Assembly (NCBI GenBank): GCA_951406725.2 | Contig: OX597815.1 | Location: 202,058,001-202,122,000 of the forward strand | Direction: 5' to 3' | DNA: 64,000 nucleotides | DNA from: Octopus vulgaris | Taxonomy: Eukaryota | Shown: piece by piece, positions 53,314 to 64,000 of the stretch | Layout: each line of letters opens with the position of its first letter | Numbering within the stretch: position 1 is the first letter of the stretch | The notes under the pieces: model-generated | Told to the model about the DNA's origin: nothing | The model's input: the letters and a program-made list of their open reading frames with translations, nothing else | Database searches by the model: none | Program-made: the position numbers and the translations under genes

Positions 53314-53547
53314 TATTAGAAATATTAGAAATACCCTGGACTGATGACGGGCAAGACCCAGAGACATGCATGTCTTCAGGTTGCTACTCCTAGCTGGTGG
53401 GGGTGCTTGCCTCCCCTTTGCAGATATAAGGACACAGGAAATGTGTCAAAGCCGACAGGAAGCGTCGATGCTTCCTAGGGCTATATATAGCGGTGGTGTA
53501 ATTCCCTGTACGGGACTGTCACGTTATGTTGACTTTATACAACCACT

Positions 53548-53551
<4 letters not shown>
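53308..53551 (+). mobile_element. ~245-bp hammerhead-containing element flanked on both sides by (TA)n (solo Penelope pLTR or retrozyme-like monomer)
   Basis: GC-richer island between two (TA)n tracts, with a hammerhead near its 5' end. Confidence 0.65.
53335..53380 (+). ncRNA. Minimal type I hammerhead ribozyme with a GAAA>GAGA substitution
   Basis: CCTGGA CTGATGA C GGG-CAAGA-CCC A GAGA CATGCATG TC TTCAGG. 6-bp stem I, palindromic ACATGCATGT stem III, GUC cleavage triplet. Confidence 0.75.
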
Positions 53552-53620
<69 letters not shown>

Positions 53621-53706
53621 CAACAATTGAGGGTAAAATTAATTAATTATTAATCAATTTCACCAAGTATTCAGTATGCAAAGGGACCATTTAAGGCGAA
53701 TGTAAT

Positions 53707-53758
<52 letters not shown>

Positions 53759-56599
53759 CAAAGCAGTGAGATACTATATTAATATGACTGAGTTCATTGT
53801 GCAGTGGAAAAAATGCTATTTTCCCTATTCTCTGACGTTCAGGTTATTCATTCATTTTTGTTGGGAAATAGTGATCAAATAAACTGAACTAAAGAAAATA
53901 TGTTCTGCAAGTAAATGTTGATAAAATATTGTTTGGTGACCCCGATTTTATATTTCTTGATTATTATACTCTATTATATACGATTATTATACTACAGGAT
54001 AGTACGGCCACATTTTGAAATATCTTTCGCCTTATTATTTGTTATCAAATGTGGTTTTAATAGAATGTGTACCATACCACTACTTCTGACAAATTTGCCG
54101 TACGCATTGATGCATTCTCATACGTTGCTTTCGGGTTTAGCTTTAATACTATAGATGATTTACTTGACCTCGACTGTATGACTTCTGATATGCATGTAGA
54201 ATGTTACAAAATACTTATTTTGCAATTCCATTCGTGTTATTACAATATAAGTATCGAAACTGTTATGTATTTGAAAATGGTGAAACTTTATTTAGTAAAG
54301 TAAACTGTAAATTTCAAATATTTTGAAATGCTTATTAAATAATTATGACAGCAACTCTGCCTTTTAGCATTTATCTTGATAGTTTTCAACATCTTAATTG
54401 GAAGAAGACGTTATAATGTAGAAGAATAGAACAATCTGTCAAAACAAATACATAAGCTATCTAATAAGCTTTCATATTTTCATTCCGTTACTGATAATGC
54501 TTGCTCCATAATACTGAACTGCCTACGATATATGTCTGCCGTGTCTTGTTATTAATACATCGAATGGACAATTATCTTTCATTGAAATTCATCTGATATA
54601 ATCTAATTATGTTTCTTCAAGGATTATAGTTTTGCGCATACTTTGTCGTTAACCGTAATATCTGAAGGATTTGTGTAATTCAAGGATTTAATACATTAAT
54701 TAATGAACTAAATGACTTCAGATATAATTCAATGCATGTGCCGTTTGAAAAGAATTCGTACAAACGTATTAAACATACTAATATACAAATATTTTGTTAT
54801 TGCTTCAGTTTGTTTATTTATGTAAACCAGCCTGTTTAATTTCTTACCTGTCAAAGATAGTTACTCCGGCTATAGCAAATTTTTTAAAAAGTGCTTAAAT
54901 TCAATTAAAATAATTGTTAGTTGCCTATGGTGACGCATATTAAAACTGTACTGCACACGTCAGTCACCTTAATGTTTTTCTGTCAACTTTCAATTATATT
55001 CGCTGTCAATAAATATGGACTGAGATATAGAGATATAGAATTTTTAAAAAGAAACAAAATTATCTCAAATCACAATTGGAAACATCCTGGCAATACACCA
55101 AACTCCAAATGATGTGTTTTTGTATAAGACTAAATAATAATAATAATAATAATAAATTCATAGTATACTTCTGTTTACTTATATAACAACCCGTAACTCT
55201 ATTGGAATTGTGCCATAAATACTTCACAAAGTTACATACTAATATCCTGCAGTTATGTATTTATCCATCTATACATGTGTCTATTCCAGACTACTAAAAT
55301 ATGCTGTATAATTTTCTCATTTACTCCTGCCATAAAAACCATTATTTAATGTGCACTAATTATACATTTTCTTCTGAAATCTTCCAAGTTTTCTAATTTT
55401 CTATTGGAATCAAATTTATTTCTGAATATGTAGACAATCATAAAAGAATTTTAGATACACTGTTCTACAAAAATCGATCTTTAAACATTTTCAAAGGCCA
55501 TAGATTATATGTCATAGCAAATCATTCACTTTTGTAATTCAATGTCCTAGATTTCCTGTAGACAAAACTTTCTTCAATGCAATCATATTGGATCTCAGTA
55601 TTGTTCTAAATTTGGAGAAATATCATATCCCAATTCTCCAGACAGTCCAAATATGGAACACGGAAGAGAAGTCAATTTTATGCTTTAGTAAATAGGAAAA
55701 GTTTTCTATACGCTCAGGTACACTATTACGACATAAGTTTGGGAATTATGTTTATATATATCGCCTGACTGGACAATCAAATGAATATATTTTTTACTGC
55801 ATATTATGTGTCTATCACACTTCAAATTTCTAAGATCAATTCTATTCGAAGTAGTTTCAGTCAAAATATTTCTATTTTTGCTTTAAACCATCTGCATGTT
55901 TTATGTCTTTTAAAATATAGTGTTTTGTGAAGCATATAAAACTACTGAAGCATACACTTGTTTTTACGAATCCAACATATTTGCATAGCATTATAGCCAT
56001 TTCAAAATATTTGTCCATAAAATATAACTTCCATAACAATAGACATAGATTCTCAGCAAGTAAGACAGACAAATAATGTCAATAATATTTATTTTGGTGA
56101 TGTTTAATTATCGATGAAAAATCAATCACTGTATATCTAATTCAGGACGGCGGGAGATTTATATATGTCATTAAATGACGAGAAAGAGAAGAGAAATATT
56201 TTCATTGGATGTTACACGCACATAAAATACCTCTCTCCCGAAGATAGTGAACATCATTTTTTTCCTGTACAATAAGAGATTCCATAAACCTGCAGCATAC
56301 TAAAATAAAATCTTGTCCGTGTTTTACAAAATCTATTGAGACCCCTTAAATGAAAGGTTACTCCTTATTGTAAAGATATTATCCTTTGTTTTATAGACGG
56401 AAACCTCACGTTAATATTGCTCATTTAGATGATTTTAACTAAAATAAGCTTTTGTTCTTGATCGTCAGTGTTTTTCCGAATAGGATCTTAGAATGGTTGA
56501 TGATATATCATAAGACTAAGCGGTGACTCACATTGCCCTCATATTCAATTATAGTAATAAGCAGCGTGAAAACGTAACGTAACCTTTTCCAAGGGTCAT

Positions 56600-56800
56600 G
56601 AAGATTCAGATCGTAAATCACTCAATTCCTAATCGCGAAGTTAATATCAGCCCTCCATGTAACTTTAACGAAATTCAAAGGTTAATGAGAGTGAAAAAAT
56701 GGGACAAGTTTCGACCTTTAAGTTACATATATACTCCGGAGAGAACAATAGGTATAGATAAATCGATTTCAATACAGGACTGAAAAGCGACTCTTGATCG
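56600..56800 (+). mobile_element. Probable piggyBac transposase remnant
   Basis: KKWDKFRPL...YTPERTIGIDKS resembles the piggyBac K.RPL...Y.P....SIDES motif. Confidence 0.4.
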
Positions 56801-58605
56801 CCCGGAAATTTATTTGGAAACGCCGAAAACTGGAATACATCCTAGAAAACCTTCTTTTCGGAGTCTCAAGTGGTTCATCCGATTTGCCGACTTGATTGCT
56901 TTGGATGTGAAATTTAATAATAGAATTTGTTACTTGTTATAGTGCTGAAAATTCATGAGAATTTACAATGGAAGAAACACTGGGCACATGACATTGTGTT
57001 TCCTGTGAATCCCCGAAACATGAAGAACAGAAAAATGACACCTTATTTGGTGTACGTCATTTTAGAAGGAATTTCAGGCAATGTAAGTCAGACATGTGGT
57101 CTTCCCTCAAGAAGTTTGGGTGTCTAAGTACTAGTATGATAAACTGTCTCTCACTTCCTTAATGGAAAGATTTAAGGAGATCTCCGGATATGTATAATAT
57201 TCTATTACGGTTATATGGTGCCGCCAATAGTATTTTCACTTTCTGTTCTCACATTTCTTTAGGCTGCGTACAATAATTAACTATTAAATGGATTACGCCG
57301 ATATTAATATGTAACATAGAATGGGTTGAAAGGTTTCAAATACAACACAGAAAGCAGAGACGCTCATATTATATTATTCTGACCCCTGCATTATACACCT
57401 GAAATGAACCAAATGAAATATTTGGAAGTCGACATGGCATGACCTAGCATAAATAACTTGATATGTTGCACTGATGTGTACAAAATCTCCTACTTCATTT
57501 AAAAGTCATTTCTATGTTAGTGACAGAAATGAAAAACAAGAGTTGTTATTGACCCTGAGAGAGAAGCAAAGATTATTTCAAGAACTTAAAAATATCTTTT
57601 CGTATTCAATCCGATACGCAGAAACGAAAGTTTGAAATTGCAATAACTTCCTTTGAGAATCACTTGTATTTTCTGTTTAAGTTACTCTTTTGCTCATTAA
57701 ATTTGACTATTCGCCAGCATACGCTTCTTAATCTCTCTCTCTCTCTCTTTCTTTCTTTTTCTCTCTCTCTCTATGTTTATGTATGTATACGTGTGTTTGT
57801 CTGTGAGCATGTATGAAGCATTAAATTGTTCAAATAGGAGGGGCAAATGTACTTTAGGTGTGCGGTATGAGTCATGTCATATTTGTATGCATTCTATGTT
57901 GTTTCTGATTTCCATCATATTCCCGCATTCGCGCGAAGTATTCCAGCTGGAAATTATTATGTCAAGCAAAATCCTATGATTTCACGCTCTTATGATGCAG
58001 ACTGAATGATAATTGCTAGTGAAAAGGATGTGAAATCAATGGGATCCATCCACAGGCAGACTTGCGTCGAGTGCCGTGCCGCAGTCATTAAATGCTTTAG
58101 TGATGCCTAGTTGTTGAGCATGCTTTTTTTGTTGTTGCATTTTTGTGAAATTTGTTATTTCTACGTGACCAAAAATTTAACAGAATTTTTTTATTATATG
58201 CGATTTTAAATATTCATTTTAACACTTCTTCTCGATGAATTATGCCAGTAAATGAATCAAAACATTTATGTTCTGTCGTTTATAAGTGATTCATTCATTC
58301 AGGTGGATCAATATTGCTTTATAGCTGAATTATAACTATTACACTAAAATAAACGTATGCTTCTACATATTTTAACGCATAGGCTCTTCATTAGAGTTAC
58401 AAAACTGTTTTTTTTTTCTTTTACTTTCATAAAAGTATTTCGTAGAATTTCTTGTTAGAAAACACATTTCGGGATCGAATTTTCTATTTTCAGCTTTTGA
58501 CATCCTAACCTCATCCTTTCAAACTCATTCATGAAAGATATGTGTTTATGATTTCATTTTCAAATATATGATTCTTATTGAATATCGGTGGTAGTATAAC
58601 TATCA

Positions 58606-58606
<1 letters not shown>

Positions 58607-58664
<58 letters not shown>

Positions 58665-58665
58665 C

Positions 58666-58761
<96 letters not shown>

Positions 58762-58762
58762 T
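58607..58762. repeat. (TATC)n-(TA)n compound microsatellite
   Basis: Directly visible. Confidence 0.95.
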
Positions 58763-59845
58763 GTAATGGAAATTGCACATAAAATGTAAATTCGTCCACA
58801 TGAGCCATCATTATGTAAATGCTTTGCAGTCGAAGATTTCTTCCGCTAAAGCGAGTCAGTAGTAAGCAACTCATTCTAAATATGAATGAAAGGATATTTT
58901 CGCTCGTTAGAACGAAAATGCTTAAACAGGAGAAGTAACAGTGATGAATATCAGGTATTAGATCCTGTTTAATTAGCTAATTTCCAAGTGCTACACAAAT
59001 TAAGCTAATTAAATTTGCATAATATATATAGTTTGTATTAATTGTAATTAGTGTCATTTGGATTTACTTTCTCATTGCAAATAATATACACGTGATATGC
59101 GAAATGAAAGCGTAAGACCACAACTGAATTATATCAGATTTCACATATAATATTGAGGTCGTTAACATATTTTGTGCAATTATTAGAGATGCTAATGAAA
59201 TCTCAACCTAACCTAATTATTTCAAGTAGTCGCTCCTGGTAATATAACATTATTTAGGCCGGTAATATAGTTTCAGCGTTGCCTAATCCATTTTATAAAA
59301 ATTAAGTTCAGATGGCAGACAATTTCATGAATAGCTTAAAATCCTTTATTAGACATTGTACATGTTCTTTTACATGTTGTGTTTCAACTTAAATATGCTG
59401 AATTCATCATTTTCAGGATATTGATATATGTACGTTTATCAAAATTGGTATGAGAAAATCTATATACGAAGAAAATTTAAAATAGCAATATTCGGACGGT
59501 GAACAGGTGTTAATTATGGATAAATAGTGCATTTGCTTACACATAAAATTTGCATTGCTCGAGTTTCACCGATTAGAGCACATTTAGAGAGGAGTCAGTG
59601 CAAATTATAAGTTTGGATATATGAAATCTACTCAAAATTATCTATTCCGTTTCTCGCCGAAATAACGTCACCCACATAAGTTCTCGAATGGTAATCTCTA
59701 TCTAGATTTATCGATCATTATCTAAAGAGACAAACTCAAATTGAAACGCTAACTATAACCTCCCAAATAAATATATGAATGCAGGTGTGTGTGTATGTGT
59801 CTGTACATTTATATATAGACCACACATACCTACACATGCATGTGC

Positions 59846-59923
<78 letters not shown>

Positions 59924-59934
59924 ATATTTTAGAT

Positions 59935-60580
59935 TGTTCTTCCTTTCGGATATATGAACAACTATTCCAGTTATGGTCACCAACTAGTGCCAAACTAAAA
60001 GCGGAGCTTGAAGCAGTTCAACGCCACTATATTAAAAAGATTGAAAGAGTGCAGTGGATGAGCTGCATAGATAGGTTGAAAAAAATGCAATTTTACTCCC
60101 TGGAGCGAAGGTGTGAGGGATGTGCAATAATCTAACATATGGAAAATTCTAGAAAGTTTAGTACCTAATTTGAGCATTGAATGTTATACAAATGCCAGAA
60201 CTGGCCGCCATTGTATTGTACCAAAGGTACCATCCATCTAAATTGAAGACCAGGTATTGCAATAGTCTAGGCTTTAAAGGCACACAGCTCTTCAATTCTC
60301 TACCACAAAGATTAAGAGATCTGCATAAGGTGGAAGTAGAAGTCTTCAAAAACGAATTATGCATCCCCCTTTCCACACTACCGACGAACAAACAATCCGA
60401 CATGAAGTACAGACGAGGGCAGTGGAGTCAAACTCCCTTATACAGTAAAAGGGTCAACAACTGGGACAAAGGCACATACAGGTGTGGTAATGTGAAACAC
60501 GCCAGACTGAGGAAATCAAAAAGACCATACTGGTGCACTAGCATGGCCCTAGACGCATGGCTGAAACGAGTAAAAGAATT
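59935..60580 (+). mobile_element. CR1/L2-group LINE 3' fragment whose tail is shared with SINE family A
   Basis: QLWSP...ELEAVQRHYIKKI...DRLKKMQFYSLERR...NSLGFKGTQLFNSLPQRLR; tail ggtgcactagcatggcc..gctgaaacgagtaaaagaa. Confidence 0.85.
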
Positions 60581-62546
60581 AAAAAAATTTTTTTAAGTAA
60601 CTGCTTGATTTATCACACACCTCGATCGCAGACATGCATTGACTTAAAAATTCACAGACGCACTGTAGTCTTCTGGGATAGACAAATATATGAACGACGA
60701 CTACAGAGATAAGAACTTTGAGTGGTCTACTGAGGGAACTTAGAAGCAGCTGACGCATGTAGAACACCAGGTATAGCAAGATGATAAAGTCTGCTCGAAG
60801 GGATTACGAGTCGATGACAGGAGCCAAAATCAAGCAAAGTGTTACTTTGCTTCAGTGTTATTTATTTTTTACATTAATCTTAATCTTATTTCGGCCAGAG
60901 TTCTTTCGTCACACTACTGTGACCGCATCAGTGGTCCTTTGTTTTCTTCTTTATTGGCTAAAGTGGCAAAATGACCATTCCGAAATATAATAATATCTGT
61001 TTCTACACACGAATTCACATAAAAAATCTTGCACCAGAAATATATGAAAATACATATATTTTATGAAAACAATATGAATTGTCAAACTTCGTATTGATAG
61101 GTACGGTACGAAGCTGGAGTGTATGCAGCATTTTTCCAAAGATAAAATTGACGATTGCGAGCCGTAGAGGAGTAAAGTAGAATCATTTGGAACAAACTAC
61201 ATTTGATTTTCTTTGAAGTATTGCTGAAGTTACGGAATATCCATATAAAGCGAGACGTAGAAGTAGACTTTTGCTGGTCTCTACGTCTTGAGTAGTGCAT
61301 ATTCCACAAGCATTTTCGTTCAAAATCGTTGGCATTCATGTTAATGTAGTGTCTCGTTATACCATTGGGAGTTGTGAGGTAGGCTTCAGGCCAGAGCTTT
61401 AGAGATGAAGGATTACCCCAGTGGACATTTGGTGAGATTTGCGAAATAATGTTAGTACACATGCGTGTTTGATTCTGTGATGGCATACAGTTTTGTAAAT
61501 ATGTTGTTTAAACATGTACAGGTGACGAAAACACTATGGAAATCAAACAGTTTATGGTATTTATATGATGCAGGAAAAATACTGTCAATGTTCATTTCAC
61601 ATTGTCCAGTTCACTCAGCAGGCAAAATTTGAACTAGGGAACATAAACGCCAAAGAAACCGGGAAACAGTCCTTTAGCCCTTATTACGATGGAAGGACCA
61701 TTTCCTTATATATATGTATATATGTACACAGATAGGCAGGCACACACACACACACACTCTCTCACGCACACATATATATATGTGCAGTACTAAAGCATGT
61801 ATATTCAAGACGTTTCACACATTAAGGCACATACTGCCATGAAACGCGTATTTCATGGCAGTACGCTCATACATGCAAGTTATACACGCAGACACACACA
61901 CAGACACACATACACAGTTATACACACACATATACGCACACATCCGTTTCTATGTTTCTTCGGATCATTCAATATTTTGAACCTAGATAGACAGAGTGTG
62001 TCCTACATACATTCTTATTTTGAATTTTATTGCAATTTTTTTTCTTCTGTCTATCTGTTATATTGGAGAAGGGCTTAAGCTCCAAACGTGTAGACATTCT
62101 ATAAAGGCTAAGCTACTAGTATGACTTCGCCTTAACTTTGGATTTTGATCACTAAATTTTTAGCACACATTTGTGTGCGTGTGTATGCTTGTCTCTCTTC
62201 AACAATGCTTATGCCTCAAAAAACTTTAGATAATTATTTGCAAGTGAATGTGAGTGAACATGCGTGTGTGGGAATATATCTGATTTTATTGCACATTTTC
62301 GTATGGGTGAAGAAGAGATCTGCCAAGATGACGAAAAAAGGAAAAGATACTAAACTAAATATTGAAGAATTTGTAATGAAATTGTTGAAGTTAGTAGAGA
62401 CCCCTCAGTGAAACTCACTACTGCCTCCTTGACGACGTTAGATTAGGAACAAAATACTTTCATTTTATCATAAAACAGTACAGAAACTCAGATTGATATG
62501 ACATCACTACACAAGGATAAATGAATGATACTTTCGTATGGTATGC

Positions 62547-62751
62547 TCTTTTACTCTTTTACTTGTTTCAGTCATTTGACTGCGGCCATGCTGGAGCACC
62601 GCCTTATTCGAGCAAATAGACCCCGGGATTTATTCTTTGTAAGCCCAGTACTTATTCTATCGGTCTCTTTTGCCGAACGGCTAAGTGGCGGGAACGTAAA
62701 CACACCAGCGTCGGTTGTCAAGCAATGCTAGGGGACACACACACAGACACA

Positions 62752-62839
<88 letters not shown>

Positions 62840-63000
62840 TACGACAAGCGTCTTTCAGTTTCCGTCTACCAAATCCACTCACAAGGCATTGGTCGGCCCG
62901 GGGCTATAGCAGAAGACACTAGCCCAAGATGCCACGCAGTGGGACTGAACCCGGAACCATGTGGTTGGTAAGCAATCTACTTACCACACAGCCACTCCTA
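62547..63000 (-). mobile_element. SINE family A, full length
   Basis: Reverse complement of the + copies. Confidence 0.9.
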
Positions 63001-63479
63001 TGTACTTATTCTATGATAAACTCAATATCTACATTCATATATCGAGCTGATGAATAGAAGGGTTTTGTTAATTTGATTCTACCTATATTTCCTGTCTGAG
63101 ATAAGTAAGCCATTCCCTGAAAGTGTTTTTAGTTTCGATACGTAAATTCTAACACATGTGCACTTGGAACATAAAACAATTATTCCAAGAAACATACAAA
63201 AGTGTTAAATATATTAATACAGTGTTTTTCTCATATTCTTTCGTTTTCTAATTTATTCATGTCCTGGAGCTAAGGTAAGAGTAGCAGCAATTAATGTGTA
63301 ATTTTTCTTATCAGAATTGTATATCGTCTGTAACAGAGAAAACGATTCTCATTTTATTGTATATTTTATGTTAACACAATAAAACATTCTGCAAAAATAG
63401 CAGTCAATTACATTTACAAAATTAATAACAGATACAATAACGATACAGAATTTTGGCAGAAGGCCAGCGTATTTTGCGG

Positions 63480-63800
63480 AGAAGAGGCTTGTCAATTACT
63501 GGTACTTATTTTACAGACCCCGAAAGAAATGAAAAGCGGAGTCGGCGACGGCGGGTTCTTAAACTCAAAACGTAAAGACAGATGAAATGCCGCTAAGCAT
63601 TTTTTTCTGGCGGCTAAGTGCTCACCGACTTAAAAACGTTTTTTTTAAATTTGAAACAAGACATGCAAATTCAGGGGACTTCGATCCCTGTGATCAACTA
63701 GAACTTATTTTATCGTTCCCGAAAAGATGGAAGGCAAAGTGGATTCCGAGGGCATTTGCACTCAGAACATAAAGACGGACCATATACCACTAAGTATTAA
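63480..63800 (-). mobile_element. Two tandem diverged family-B SINE copies
   Basis: ctggtacttatttt...actcaaaacgtaaagacagatgaaatgccgctaagcattt and aaggcaaagt...gcactcagaacataaagacggac. Confidence 0.7.
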
Positions 63801-64000
63801 CAAGAGATAAAATATTACGAGACGATAGTATCTTGTTACTGTTCATTGTTATAATTTCCTTTTTTTCTGAGTTAAGAAAAGTTTCGGAAAACGAAGCGTG
63901 CATCCACCTCAATATGATGAATATATTTCAAAAGCACAGCAGGAAGGAAATAAGGACTTAAAATTGCAAGCAATTACACTTACAAACTGAAACATCGTTT

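Noticed and set aside
61082-61486. 134-aa minus-strand ORF
   Set aside because: No recognisable motif or splice context; possibly a decayed retroelement ORF, but unsupported.

Overview
Eukaryotic, AT-rich, repeat-dense genomic DNA. The tRNA-derived SINE families and abundant (TA)n/(TG)n/(TAGG)n tracts point to a cephalopod, most likely Octopus (inference from repeat recognition). There is no intact protein-coding gene; nearly all listed ORFs are microsatellite or transposon artefacts. Contents: (1) a six-exon, multiply disabled gene for a secreted, cysteine-containing TIMP/NTR-like protein (+ strand, ~2.3-12.6 kb), found by reading splice sites, with a SINE pair inserted in its last exon; (2) many SINEs, LINE fragments (L1/Tx1, CR1, RTE, HERO-like RLE), and mariner, m44-like, Gypsy and piggyBac remnants; (3) the most notable signal, several sequence-unrelated short elements each carrying a minimal type I hammerhead ribozyme with a palindromic stem III (Penelope-type). 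Most of these end in a (TA)n tract, and several (TA)n-associated elements are arranged as fold-back inverted repeats. A degenerate HDV-like ribozyme candidate lies at the 5' end of an RTE-type element. All calls are by eye; no searches or folding programs were run.
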